Both the position numbers and the translations under genes were made by a program. This document shows positions 28,318 through 38,400 of a stretch of DNA of 64,000 nt, in pieces. Positions within the stretch are counted from its first letter, which is position 1. Each line of letters opens with the position of its first letter. The DNA is taken from the NCBI RefSeq assembly GCF_035318805.1, contig NZ_DATHDY010000046.1:14321-78320 (forward strand), in the 5' to 3' direction. Source of the DNA: Baekduia sp. (GTDB taxonomy: Bacteria; Actinomycetota; Thermoleophilia; Solirubrobacterales; Solirubrobacteraceae). Under the pieces are notes generated by a model that was not told the origin of the DNA, did not search any database, and saw only the letters and a list, made by a program, of their open reading frames with translations.

Positions 28318-30147
28318 TCAGCCGCGCGGCGCGACCGGCTCTCCGGCGTGCTCCTGCGCGGCGAGCGGCTCGCCCGCCGCGCCGGCCGCGGCCCGCGTGT
28401 TGCGATCCGTGAGCCGTTCCACCGGCAGCGTCGGCGCCACGTCGGCCGCGCCGAGCCGGGCGGCGTCGGCGCCGAGGTCGTCGTCCTGCTCCTGGGACTC
28501 GCGCTCGGCGGCGACCCGGGCGCGGTAGTGGTCGAGCTCGCGCTGGGCGTGCGACTCGTCCCAGCCCAGCGGGCCGGCCATCAGCTGTACGGCGGTCTCG
28601 GCGGCGGTGAGCCCGCGATCCCACGTCTCGATCGAGATCCGGGTGCGCCGCGTCAGCACGTCCTCGAGGTGCGTGGCGCCCTCGTGCGTGGCGGCGTAGA
28701 CGATCTCCACGGCGAGGTAGTCGTCGGCGCCCTCCAGCGGCTTGCCCAGCTCGGGATCCTCGGCGATCAGCGCCAGGAGCTCGTCGATGAGCGACCCGTA
28801 GCGGTTGAGCAGGTGCTCGATCCGCGTGACGTGGATGCCCGACTCGTCGGCGATCCGGTTGCGCGCGTTCCAGCGCGCGAGGTAGCCGTCGGCGCCCAGC
28901 AGCGGGATGCGGTCGGTCACCGACTCGGGCACGTCGTGCTCGAGCCCGTGCACCGCCGCGTCAACCGCGTCGGCGGCCATCACGCGGTAGGTGGTGTACT
29001 TGCCGCCCGCCACCGCGACGAGCCCCGGGACCGGGTGCGCGACGATGTGCTCGCGCGTCAGCGCGCTCGTGCTCTCCGACTCGCCGGCCAGCAGCGGCCG
29101 CAGGCCCGCGTAGACGCCCTCGACGTCGTCGTGGCCCAGCGGCGTGACGAGGTAGCGGTTGACGTGCTCCAGCAGGTAGTCGATGTCCTTCTTGCTGGCC
29201 GCCGGGTGGGCCTTGTCGAGCGTCCAGTCGGTGTCGGTCGTCCCGATGATCCAGTGGCGACCCCACGGGATGACGAACAGCACGCTGGTCTCGGTGCGGA
29301 TCGTCAGGGCCGTGTCGCCGTGGATGCGATCGCGCGGCACCAGCAGGTGCACGCCCTTGGACGCGCGGACGTGGAACTGGCCGCGCGCGCCGACCATGTC
29401 CTGCGTCTCGTCGGTCCACACGCCGGTCGCGTTGATCGTCTGGCGGGCGTGCAGCTCGATCGGCGGACCGTCGGGGTCCTCCAGGTCGCGGACCTTGACG
29501 CCCGTGACGTGCTCGCCCTCGCGCAGGAACCCGACGGCCTGGGCGCGCGTGGCGATCTGCGCGCCGTAGGAGACCGCGGTGCGGGCGAGGAACATCGTGT
29601 GGCGGGCGTCGTCGACCTGCGCGTCGTAGTACTGGATCGCGCCGGTGAAGCTGTCCTTCTTCAAGGCGGGGAACTTCTTCAGCGTCTGGGTGCGCGTGAA
29701 GTGCTTCTGCGACGGCACGCCGCGCGACCGGCCGAAGGCGGTGCCCATCGTGTCGTAGAGCACCAGGCCCGCGCCGACGTACGGGCGCTCCCAGCCACGG
29801 TGGTTGAGCAGCGCGAGGAACGGCAGCGGGTGCACGAGGTGCGGCGCGAGCCGGTCGAGCAGCAGCGCTCGCTCGCGCAGCGCCTCGCGCACGAGCGGGA
29901 AGTCGAGCTGCTCGAGGTAGCGCAGCCCGCCGTGGATGAGCTTGCTCGATCGCGAGGAGGTGCCCGACGCGAGGTCGCGGGCCTCCACGAGCGCGACGCT
30001 GAGCCCGCGGCTGACGGCGTCGAGCGCCACCCCGCTGCCCACCACCCCGCCGCCGACGATCGCGATGTCGAACTCCTCGCTCCGCATGCGCTCCAGAGCG
30101 CGGGCGCGGGTCTCGGGGTTGATGGCTCCGTGCGTGGTGTCGCTCAT
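28318..30147 (-). CDS. glpD: FAD-dependent glycerol-3-phosphate dehydrogenase
   Basis: GTSSRSSKLIHGGLRYL, YAGLRPL, GGKYTTYR. Confidence 0.93.
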   Translation of the reverse strand: MSDTTHGAINPETRARALERMRSEEFDIAIVGGGVVGSGVALDAVSRGLSVALVEARDLASGTSSRSSKLIHGGLRYLEQLDFPLVREALRERALLLDRLAPHLVHPLPFLALLNHRGWERPYVGAGLVLYDTMGTAFGRSRGVPSQKHFTRTQTLKKFPALKKDSFTGAIQYYDAQVDDARHTMFLARTAVSYGAQIATRAQAVGFLREGEHVTGVKVRDLEDPDGPPIELHARQTINATGVWTDETQDMVGARGQFHVRASKGVHLLVPRDRIHGDTALTIRTETSVLFVIPWGRHWIIGTTDTDWTLDKAHPAASKKDIDYLLEHVNRYLVTPLGHDDVEGVYAGLRPLLAGESESTSALTREHIVAHPVPGLVAVAGGKYTTYRVMAADAVDAAVHGLEHDVPESVTDRIPLLGADGYLARWNARNRIADESGIHVTRIEHLLNRYGSLIDELLALIAEDPELGKPLEGADDYLAVEIVYAATHEGATHLEDVLTRRTRISIETWDRGLTAAETAVQLMAGPLGWDESHAQRELDHYRARVAAERESQEQDDDLGADAARLGAADVAPTLPVERLTDRNTRAAAGAAGEPLAAQEHAGEPVAPRG

Positions 30148-30336
30148 GAGTACGTCATTCCGGGATCACCCAGCGTCCGGCCCGTTGAAGGGCGGGCGCC
30201 AGTCGGCGAGTAGGGATGTGCCGCTCATCGTCGCTCATGTAGGGCTCGTGGCGCTGTCCTTTGGAGGACAGAGTCTCCCACGGGTGGTCGACCGGACACG
30301 CTTCTCACGTGCCCGAGCCGTTCACTCTCCCAAACC

Positions 30337-31755
30337 TCAGGCGGCGTCGGCGAGCGGCGCCGCGGGTGCCGCGGGGACCACGCCGGTGAGCGTGCGCAGG
30401 GCATCGACGCAGCGCGCGTCGAACGCCGTCCCGGACTCCTCGACGAGCAGCGCCATCGCGCGCTCACGCGTCCACGCACCGCGATAGACGCGCGGCGAGA
30501 CCAGCGCGTCCCACACGTCGGCGACGGCGAGGATGCGCGTATCGAGGTCGAGCTCGTCGCCGCTCAGGCCGTCGGGGTAGCCGGTGCCGTCGAGGCGCTC
30601 GTGGTGGCCGCGGACGACGCGGCGGATCTGGTCGGGGTAGCCCAGCTCCACGAGCAGGTCGTCGCCGAGGACCGGGTGGCAGCGGATGACGGCCATCTCG
30701 GCGTCGGTCAGCGCGCCGGGCTTGCCGAGGATCGCGTCGGGGATCGACAGCTTGCCGATGTCGTGCAGCAGGCCGCCGAGCGCGAGGTCGTGCAGCCGGC
30801 CGGCGGAGAGGCCGAGCGCCTCGCCGATCGCGACGGCCCACTCGGCGACGCGTCGGGTGTGCTCCTCGGTCGAGCGGTCCTTGGTCTCCAGGCGCGTCAT
30901 GAGCACGCGCACGCGGGCGCCGAGGAACGCCTCCTCCTCGGCCACGAGCTCGGCGGCGGGCAGATCGCCGACCAGCGGATGCGACGGGCGCCCGCGGTGG
31001 ACGTCCATCGCCACCGGCACGCCGACGAGCGTGACGCCGAGGAGCTCCAGCGCGTGGCCGGTCCACCAGACCCACGTGAACGGGTCGAGCACGAGGACGG
31101 GCACGAGCGCCATGCCGAGCCACACGATGCCGACGACGACCACGAGGTCGCCGGTGCGCCGCGTCAGCGCGAAGGTGCGCACCGCGCGCGAGGCCACGAT
31201 CGCGAAGAACAGCGCGCCGACGACCAGCAGGACGACGGCGGCCGACGAGCCGTAGCCCGGGACGGCCGGGACGTCGGCGGGATAGGCGAAGCCGGCGATG
31301 CCCAGCGCGGCGATCAGCCCCAGGACCGCGACGAGCGCGACGGCGACCGTGCGCAGGTGGCGGGGCCCGCGCAGGGATGGCAGCGCGGCGACGGTGAGGA
31401 TCGCGCCGCCGATGGGCAGCGCCAGGCCGCCCGCGACGGCGACGACGCCGTTGGGGCCGATGATCACGCCGGGCGTCGCGAGACCGTGGATGGCGAGGAT
31501 GAGCGTCATCGCCGCGAACGCCCCACCGGCGACGACCGCGCGGGTCTCGCGGCGGCGGAAGCCGGCCCACATCAGCGTGCCGCTGGCCAGGGCCGCGATC
31601 GTCGAGCCGATGGCCATGATGAAGAGGTGCTGGGTCGCGGTGACGGGCGCGCGGTTCTCGCTGACGAGGAAGTGCATGGCGGCGGCCGGAACCGCAGCGC
31701 TAGCGGCGATGAGCGTCAGGTTGGATCCCAGGCGGCTGCGAAGCAGACGTTCCAC
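30337..31755 (-). CDS. Membrane-sensor HD-GYP phosphodiesterase
   Basis: ~7 TM helices then HDIGK and HHERLDGTGYP; start uncertain. Confidence 0.85.
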   Translation of the reverse strand: MERLLRSRLGSNLTLIAASAAVPAAAMHFLVSENRAPVTATQHLFIMAIGSTIAALASGTLMWAGFRRRETRAVVAGGAFAAMTLILAIHGLATPGVIIGPNGVVAVAGGLALPIGGAILTVAALPSLRGPRHLRTVAVALVAVLGLIAALGIAGFAYPADVPAVPGYGSSAAVVLLVVGALFFAIVASRAVRTFALTRRTGDLVVVVGIVWLGMALVPVLVLDPFTWVWWTGHALELLGVTLVGVPVAMDVHRGRPSHPLVGDLPAAELVAEEEAFLGARVRVLMTRLETKDRSTEEHTRRVAEWAVAIGEALGLSAGRLHDLALGGLLHDIGKLSIPDAILGKPGALTDAEMAVIRCHPVLGDDLLVELGYPDQIRRVVRGHHERLDGTGYPDGLSGDELDLDTRILAVADVWDALVSPRVYRGAWTRERAMALLVEESGTAFDARCVDALRTLTGVVPAAPAAPLADAA

Positions 31756-31807
31756 TGCCCGAAGGGATCGGCTGGCCTCCGCGGAGCTTGAGCGAACGGG
31801 CACCGGT

Positions 31808-32152
31808 TCAGGGATGTGCGGTGTAGCGCAGCGTCGCCGACGCGCAGCGCTGGCCCGTGGCGATCGTGCCGCGGACGCGCAGCGTGCCGCTCAGGCGCCC
31901 GTCGCTGCGCAGCAGCCCGGTGAGCGTCACGCGCTGGGCCGGCTCGCCGGCGACGAGGCGGAAGCGCCCGTCCTTGGCGATCGCCGCACGGCCGCTTTCG
32001 CTGACCGGCAGCGGGCCGACGTCGCCGAACGTGTCGCACGGGTAGCGCGACACCGTCACGCGCACGCCGACCACGACCCGGCCGCGCACCTGCACCACGA
32101 TGCGGCGGCCTTCGATCGTGTGGCCCGTGTAGGGCACGGCGTCGGCGAGCAC
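31808..32152 (-). CDS. Hypothetical beta-rich protein, possibly 5'-truncated at the island edge
   Basis: Host-like codon usage, two Cys, no signal peptide. Confidence 0.5.
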   Translation of the reverse strand: MLADAVPYTGHTIEGRRIVVQVRGRVVVGVRVTVSRYPCDTFGDVGPLPVSESGRAAIAKDGRFRLVAGEPAQRVTLTGLLRSDGRLSGTLRVRGTIATGQRCASATLRYTAHP

Positions 32153-32256
32153 GCCGTCAGGTTCGCAGACCGCGATGCTGGACCGCCGGTCGGAAGTGCG
32201 TCGACAGCAGGAGGAAATCCCGTGACGGTGCAGCCGCTGCCGTCTACCGTCCCGCC

Positions 32257-32454
32257 ATGAGCGATGGCGACGAGCCCACGGTGGTGCGGATCATCGACGA
32301 GGACGAGGGATCCCTGGCGCGTCGTGTCGACCTGGCGCTCTCGGGCCTGCCCGACGGATCCCGCGTCGACCACTTCACCTACTGGTACACCGGCCGGCCA
32401 CCGCTGCACGAGGCGACGGTGTCGCCGCCGGCCGAGGGCGGGGCGCAGCAGTAG
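32257..32454 (+). CDS. Small hypothetical protein
   Basis: 65-aa ORF with GC-biased third positions. Confidence 0.45.
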   Translation: MSDGDEPTVVRIIDEDEGSLARRVDLALSGLPDGSRVDHFTYWYTGRPPLHEATVSPPAEGGAQQ

Positions 32455-32464
32455 CAGCGCGGCG

Positions 32465-32815
32465 TCAGGCGCGGTCGCCGGGCGGTCGCCGGGCGAGCAC
32501 TTGAGCGCTCGGCTCGTCGACCGCGATCCAGCGGATGTCCCGGGGCAGGGTCACGATGGCCCCGGCCTTCTCCCAGTCCGCGCCGTAGTCACCGAGGGCG
32601 AGGTCGCCGACGCCACCGTCGAGATCCACCTCGCCCGTGAGTGGGACGTTTATGTCCTCGAACGAGTAGCCCGTGTCCCATTCGTGAAAGGGCCGGCCGT
32701 CGAGCTCCGCCCGCCCGGTGAACCGCGCGTCGAATCGCCCGTCGCGGCAGCGGAGATGGCCGACGACGCCGGTGACGACCAGGTGCCGCCCGTGGAGGGA
32801 GTCAGGAGACGACAC
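32465..32815 (-). CDS. Hypothetical protein
   Basis: Acidic 116-aa ORF in series with the island genes. Confidence 0.5.
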   Translation of the reverse strand: MSSPDSLHGRHLVVTGVVGHLRCRDGRFDARFTGRAELDGRPFHEWDTGYSFEDINVPLTGEVDLDGGVGDLALGDYGADWEKAGAIVTLPRDIRWIAVDEPSAQVLARRPPGDRA

Positions 32816-32837
32816 AGCTCACCCTGTCCGGGTCGCG

Positions 32838-33221
32838 TCAGTAGGGACGGGTGATCGCATCCGACGACGTCACGCGACCGTGCCGATCGAACTTCAGCCG
32901 CAACTCCCAGAGCGTGGGGCCCAAGGCGTCGGGCTTGTCCCCAAGGATCCAGGTGGACGACCTCCCAGACCGGGCATCGGGGCGCCCGAGAGCCTTGGTA
33001 ACGCGCGCCCTGCTCCAGCCATCGAGCCAGTCACAGCGCGCGATGGCCCTGCCGGTCCTGATCTGCTTCGTCCCCGACTCTGACCGATCACGCCAATCCT
33101 GCGTCCGGAATCCGTGGTCGCAGGTGCTCCGGCCGTTGTGCACCGACATCGCTGCGAGGCCGACCCCCGCGCCGGCAGCCACAACCAGCACCGCAAGGGC
33201 GAGCGCCGTCACTTCACGCAT
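32838..33221 (-). CDS. Exported protein with BamE/SmpA-like motif
   Basis: N-terminal hydrophobic helix; LDGWSRARVTKALGRPD..LKFDRHGRV. Confidence 0.6.
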   Translation of the reverse strand: MREVTALALAVLVVAAGAGVGLAAMSVHNGRSTCDHGFRTQDWRDRSESGTKQIRTGRAIARCDWLDGWSRARVTKALGRPDARSGRSSTWILGDKPDALGPTLWELRLKFDRHGRVTSSDAITRPY

Positions 33222-33345
33222 GCCCGCGTCGAACGGTAGACGAGATTCCGGTCGGGCCAGTTGATCGTCCTGTGTCCTGGGTCATTTGCAGCCATCCCTC
33301 ATAAGTCCGCCCCTGGGTCAGCACGCGGCGGGAGCGCGGGGGCCA

Positions 33346-34185
33346 TCAGCCGGTCCGAGGGATCCGCACCTCCTCGAGCGACGCTTGCAGGAAGTCTCCG
33401 ACCTGATGAGGGAACTGCTGGAACCGCCAGGACAGCAGCACCAGTGGGCGCTCCTTCTTGAGCAGTGCAAGGAACGGCTTCCGCTCCATCTCCTGCGATC
33501 CTCGCGCCGTTTCCTGAACGAATCGCGTCGCGGCCGAGAGCCTCGTCTCCGCGAGCACCGGCAGGCTCCTCCCCTGAATTGCGCGCAGCCCGCGCAGCAG
33601 AGCGTCATCGTTGGACCCCGAACGTGTCACCAACTCTTCCGGGAACTGAGCTGTGGGGTGGACGCTCACCTGGAGCGTCTCTTGATCTCGCGTGAGGTCG
33701 ATCAACTGGGCTAGCAGGCGGTAGGTGTCGCCCGGGGGTGTTTCGGCGAGCGGCAATCGCGCGAGGCGCCTCGCCTCCGCGTCCGCTGGATGCACCGGAT
33801 CAGGGAACTCGGCACTGATGTCCTCATGCCGGGTCGCCCGCTGGCGATCCAGCGGCACGTTGAGCTCCCAGAGCGCGCGGAGCCGCACCTGGCCTCGAGC
33901 CACGATCGACAGCGTGGCCACGAAGTGATCGGGGCCAACCTTCCGCAGCGACCAGCGAGACCGCGTCCGCGTCGCCCAACGTCGGTCGAAGACGTTGCGC
34001 CAGGCACGCAACGACGGGCCGTAGATGCCCTCCACGACATTCCGCGCCTGGTCCACGGGCGCCGGCGGTGCGGATGAGCCAGCGCGGCTTGACGTCGTCG
34101 AGGCCGCCTCGCTGCTCGGCCCGCCACAGCCGATCGTGCTGCCCAGGCAGCAGGTCAGGACGATGAGGCACGCAGTCAGACGCAT
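33346..34185 (-). CDS. Putative lipoprotein (candidate immunity/partner protein)
   Basis: MRLTACLIVLTCCLGSTIGCGG lipobox-like; starts 4 bp after the large secreted gene. Confidence 0.6.
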   Translation of the reverse strand: MRLTACLIVLTCCLGSTIGCGGPSSEAASTTSSRAGSSAPPAPVDQARNVVEGIYGPSLRAWRNVFDRRWATRTRSRWSLRKVGPDHFVATLSIVARGQVRLRALWELNVPLDRQRATRHEDISAEFPDPVHPADAEARRLARLPLAETPPGDTYRLLAQLIDLTRDQETLQVSVHPTAQFPEELVTRSGSNDDALLRGLRAIQGRSLPVLAETRLSAATRFVQETARGSQEMERKPFLALLKKERPLVLLSWRFQQFPHQVGDFLQASLEEVRIPRTG

Positions 34186-34189
34186 GGGC

Positions 34190-36865
34190 TCAATAGCTGA
34201 CGGCGACGCGATAGGTCCTCGGCTTGAAGTACGTCTGGACTTGGGGGTCCGGGCCAAGCTCGATACGGGCCTCCTTCATCCTGCCGGCGGCGGAACCGCC
34301 GGCCAACGGCCACATCTCGCCCATTGGGAGGTCCTTCGCCGCCTTGCAGCATCTTGTGAGGTATCCGTTCTGCAGATTGGCGAATGGCGCCACCGCCTTG
34401 TCCTGACCGTTGAACCGCGTATACCACAGTTGATACAGGACCGACGCCGAGCCGTCGATGAGATCGGGGAAAGATCGCGTGTCCTGATAGGTGTTGAAGT
34501 AGACGCGCGAGTGATTGTCGCTGCAGTCGAATACGAACGCACGATCGACGCCGATGACGAACGACTTCAGACCGATGTTCGCGTCCCAAACCGTAATCCG
34601 GTGCCGCTTCCCAGAGCCGGTGCCGAACCCACTGACGTGGTCCTGGCACCAGCCGCGGAAGTCGGACGAAGGGCTGGAGTCACTCGCGATCGCAATTGGG
34701 TTGCCTCCTTCAGCGTCGGTGACGATGGGATCCTCGTAGATCGCCGGAGTGAGCTTCGGGTTCCTTCCCTGATCTGCAGGCGTCAGGGCATTCCACAGGA
34801 CCAACCGGCCCGTAGCGTCGGTCGCGGTCATCGCTGCGTCGAGCGCGGCGGCCTCGCCGGCGGTGTCGACGGCGCCGTTCGCTCCGCCGTAGTCCCAGCT
34901 CGTCTTGTACGTCCCGTAGCCGACCACCTGGCTGAAGTTGCGAGACCTCCCGTTGACGTCGCTGACCGCGACATTGACCGTGCTGTAGCCCGTCCGGAGG
35001 CCGGCGAGTGCGATGCTGAACCAGTAGTCCTTGGGGCAGGGTAGGCGGATTCCGCCGGTGCAGTTGAACAGGAAGTTGGTGGCGTCGTAGTTGTTCTGGT
35101 CGTTGGGGTTGGACAGCTGGGGGTGCCAGCCCGGGTTCTCCGGTGACCAGACCTGGATGCGCTTGAGACCGAGGCCTTGGTCGCCGGCGTTGAACTCGAT
35201 CCGGCGGTTGGGGTCGGTCTGCCAGTCGGTCGGGAAGTTGGTGGAGCGGATGTTGGGGATGAAGTCGGGGGAGTTCCGTTCGCTGATGTTCATCGCAACG
35301 CCGCCCATGTGATCGAACCAGTAGTCACTCCAACCGGTGCGCTGGGCTTGGGCACCGAAGAACACCTTGTTCTGCTCGGTCCCGGCGTAGCCGCTGCAGT
35401 CGGGTGCTGAGCATGACCAGCCCCAGGCGTCGAGCGTCTGCTGGGCGCACCAGTAGTTGGTGTGCGCGCCGAGCTGCAAGTTGGTTTCGACGATTCCCGC
35501 CTGAAGGCAGGTGGTGTTGTCGGCGAGGTTGTCCTGAGACATGTTGAAGAACTGGACCCCGTAGATCCTGGTGCCCCACGGCGTGGTGTAGTACCAGTCG
35601 CCGATCACGTTGTGCGAGTAGTAGTTGTGCAGCATGTTGCGGACGTAGAGCCCTGTCCCGAGATACGCCGAGCCGGCGTATGGGGCGTACGTTCCATCGG
35701 CGGGGCCCTCGAAGGCCCAGTTGGCGATGCCGCTGCCGTACACGTTCCCGGCGCTGTTCTCCCAGTCGTCGACCTGACAGCCCACGCCGGCGATGACCCA
35801 TTGCCAACACGCATCCACCGCGGTCGGGTCGACGGTGATCGGATAGGCGTAGTCCTTGCCCCGGTGCGCAATGCGGTAGGTGACGTCGAGCCCGTTGATC
35901 TCTGCTTCGACCGCGACGGGATGGTGCTCGGCGTCCCAGGCCGCGGCCGGGCTCAGCGTCCCGACCGTGGCGTTCTCGTCGTTCTGGATCAACGCCCCGC
36001 CACTGCCACCCTGCGCGACCAGATGCGACGCACCCTCCCCGCCACGCACGGTCGTCGTCAGCTCCTCCGGACTGTCGGGCGAGCGCAGCATGGTGAACGT
36101 CTCGACGCCGCCGACCACCGGCTTGACGAACAGATCCGTGTCGTCATCGACGTTGGCATAGAACACGCCCGTCTCTGCGCGCTGCCCGTCGACATCATCT
36201 GTCCCGCGGCTGCGCAGCGACAGCCGCGCGTCACCGCCTCCGACGACGATCGCATCGCCACTGCTGTCCGGCAGCGTCGTCTCCACCGGCGAGTCGGCCA
36301 CCTCCGCGCGGCCGTCCGCCGCCGATCGCAAGCTCAGGTCGATCGGCTCGACGTCACCGTCCGCAGACTCGAAGCCCAGGGGGATCGTCGACACCATCGC
36401 CCCACGGCTGCCATCGTCGTTGACCAACTGCGCGATGTGCGTGCCCGCCACCGTCATCGACGCGACGCCGGGCATCCGCTCCTCGACCTGCTCGTCGTCG
36501 ACCCACCCCGGCGTCCCCAGCGCGCTCGCCTCATGCTCCGCAAACACACGAAGCGCCGCGTCATCGGCCAGACCAGCGAAATCATCGGCCGTCGCACGCC
36601 GCCGCTCGACCGCCTCTGGACGCAGATACGCCGCCTCCGCGACCGCCAACTTCCGCCGTGCCGCCTCACTGCCCGCGCTCAGCTCCGCCAGCGCGCTACC
36701 GACCAGCACCGACGGCTCGTGGATCTCGATGTCAGCGGTCCCGTCGGCATGTGCCCGCGACCAGCCGTCGGCGAGAACCAGCACGGCCGCCAACAGCACG
36801 AGGGCGAAGCCCCGTGCGCGACGTCCGCCGGGCTGGTGACGCCCCGAAACAGCAGGATTCGACAT
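34190..36865 (-). CDS. Large secreted modular protein (polymorphic toxin/adhesin-like)
   Basis: Signal peptide (AHA-DG), beta-rich domain ending YPITVDP, W/Y/N/C-rich middle, Ig-like segment, distinct C-terminus. Confidence 0.75.
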   Translation of the reverse strand: MSNPAVSGRHQPGGRRARGFALVLLAAVLVLADGWSRAHADGTADIEIHEPSVLVGSALAELSAGSEAARRKLAVAEAAYLRPEAVERRRATADDFAGLADDAALRVFAEHEASALGTPGWVDDEQVEERMPGVASMTVAGTHIAQLVNDDGSRGAMVSTIPLGFESADGDVEPIDLSLRSAADGRAEVADSPVETTLPDSSGDAIVVGGGDARLSLRSRGTDDVDGQRAETGVFYANVDDDTDLFVKPVVGGVETFTMLRSPDSPEELTTTVRGGEGASHLVAQGGSGGALIQNDENATVGTLSPAAAWDAEHHPVAVEAEINGLDVTYRIAHRGKDYAYPITVDPTAVDACWQWVIAGVGCQVDDWENSAGNVYGSGIANWAFEGPADGTYAPYAGSAYLGTGLYVRNMLHNYYSHNVIGDWYYTTPWGTRIYGVQFFNMSQDNLADNTTCLQAGIVETNLQLGAHTNYWCAQQTLDAWGWSCSAPDCSGYAGTEQNKVFFGAQAQRTGWSDYWFDHMGGVAMNISERNSPDFIPNIRSTNFPTDWQTDPNRRIEFNAGDQGLGLKRIQVWSPENPGWHPQLSNPNDQNNYDATNFLFNCTGGIRLPCPKDYWFSIALAGLRTGYSTVNVAVSDVNGRSRNFSQVVGYGTYKTSWDYGGANGAVDTAGEAAALDAAMTATDATGRLVLWNALTPADQGRNPKLTPAIYEDPIVTDAEGGNPIAIASDSSPSSDFRGWCQDHVSGFGTGSGKRHRITVWDANIGLKSFVIGVDRAFVFDCSDNHSRVYFNTYQDTRSFPDLIDGSASVLYQLWYTRFNGQDKAVAPFANLQNGYLTRCCKAAKDLPMGEMWPLAGGSAAGRMKEARIELGPDPQVQTYFKPRTYRVAVSY

Positions 36866-37151
36866 GTGGATGACCTGTGCTTTCTGGGATCTCGTGTGAG
36901 CGAGGCGGCTGACCGAGCACGCGCAAGCCGCGTGACCACCCCGAGGGGTGAGCCGGCGGGCTCGTGATCGACTGGCTAGTTCACATCGACAACGCCAGTG
37001 GCGGGACCACACTGGAGAGCGGGACCATCAAACACAGTTCCGTATCGCGTGTCAATACCCAAATTGCACAGCAGCACTGATCTACGGTGATGATCGCCTC
37101 CTGATCACGATCCCGCCGGTTTACTTCCGATGCCCGCGCATTGCAGCCTGT

Positions 37152-37640
37152 TCAGGCGCCGAGCGTCTTCACGATCACCGTGTCGAAGTCGAACTTGGTC
37201 GTCAGGTGCAACGCCCCCACGTCGAGCCCGGAGGTGGCGATCAGCACCAGCGCAGCCTGCGGCGCGCCGCGGATGACGACCGCGGCGAGCGCGCCCTGGA
37301 CCGACGCTTCGGCCTGATGAGGAACGCCGTCGATGTCGATGACGACCGTGCGACGAGCGGACGTCATCTGCTCGCTGTCGCTCGCCGCGTCCAGCGAAGC
37401 GGCCGTGTCGAGAAGCTGAGCCTCCTGCACGTCGAAGGGCAGGCAATCATCCTCCTCGTACACCGCAACTGCGGCATGCCCTCGCGTTGATCGGCAGTAC
37501 AGGTCAAGAGATCGAAGCCGTTCCGGCCGGCCTCCCGGACCCCAACCTCCCAGCCGCACCTCCTGCGCTGATGCCAGCGCCAAAGGCACGATCGTCGCCC
37601 GCGCAAGGTGACGCCTGAGCTGCTCTGACTCTCGTGACAT
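37152..37640 (-). CDS. Hypothetical protein
   Basis: ATG with GAGGGGAG RBS; 162 aa. Confidence 0.55.
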   Translation of the reverse strand: MSRESEQLRRHLARATIVPLALASAQEVRLGGWGPGGRPERLRSLDLYCRSTRGHAAVAVYEEDDCLPFDVQEAQLLDTAASLDAASDSEQMTSARRTVVIDIDGVPHQAEASVQGALAAVVIRGAPQAALVLIATSGLDVGALHLTTKFDFDTVIVKTLGA

Positions 37641-37653
37641 CGGATCGCTCCCC

Positions 37654-37815
37654 TCAGTCGATCGCGTCGTCGTCGATCCACGCGCCGGCAGCGACCCATC
37701 CTTCCCAGACGCCGCCGCCCTCGAGCTCCGCAACGCAGTAGTACCGGCCCGGCTGCTCCTCCTCACACCGGACAGAGAGCGCCGTGTCACCCAAGCCGGC
37801 GAGCATCTCCCGCAC
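37654..37815 (-). CDS. Small acidic hypothetical protein (not in ORF track)
   Basis: REMLAGLGDTALSVRCEEEQPGRYYCVAELEGGGVWEGW... Confidence 0.4.
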   Translation of the reverse strand: MREMLAGLGDTALSVRCEEEQPGRYYCVAELEGGGVWEGWVAAGAWIDDDAID

Positions 37816-37898
37816 GGCCTCCTCCGGCGGGCAGTCGGTCTCGGTTCATCGTCCGTCGTGGTCACCTGCTCTCGTCACACCGCAGACATCCGCCACCG

Positions 37899-38144
37899 TC
37901 ACGCCGGGCCGGCGGCGAACGCGCCGAGCAGGAGCATGGTGCCCAACGCCACCGAGAGGACCAGGGCGAGTCCGAACCCGGCGACCGCACCGGCATGCCG
38001 CAGGCGCGCAGCCTGGACGAGGCCCGGGACGATGATCACCAGCGAGATCAGCGGCAGCAGGACGGCGGCGACCAGGGCCAGCACGACGAAGGCCGGCTTG
38101 GTCGACCATGTCCGGGCGTCCGTCGTCGCCTGAGCGTGCTCCAT
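37899..38144 (-). CDS. Small membrane protein
   Basis: Two hydrophobic helices. Confidence 0.5.
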   Translation of the reverse strand: MEHAQATTDARTWSTKPAFVVLALVAAVLLPLISLVIIVPGLVQAARLRHAGAVAGFGLALVLSVALGTMLLLGAFAAGPA

Positions 38145-38400
38145 CGCCGCGCCAGCCTCGCACACAGCGGCCCCGACTGCAAAGCACCGCTGACCGCCCG
38201 CCGAGCGGCCGCGCCCTCACACGCCCCGCAGCGCGTGCTCCTCGACGATCCGGCGCTGGACGTCGGTCAGCGGCGGCTCTTCGCCACGCTCCAGCGCGGC
38301 GGCTGCCTGGGCGATGGTCAGGCCTGTGCCCGTGAGCACGGAGCCGACGACCGGCGGGACGTCGGAGCCGCAGACGCCCGACGGGCAGGCGGGGTCCGGC

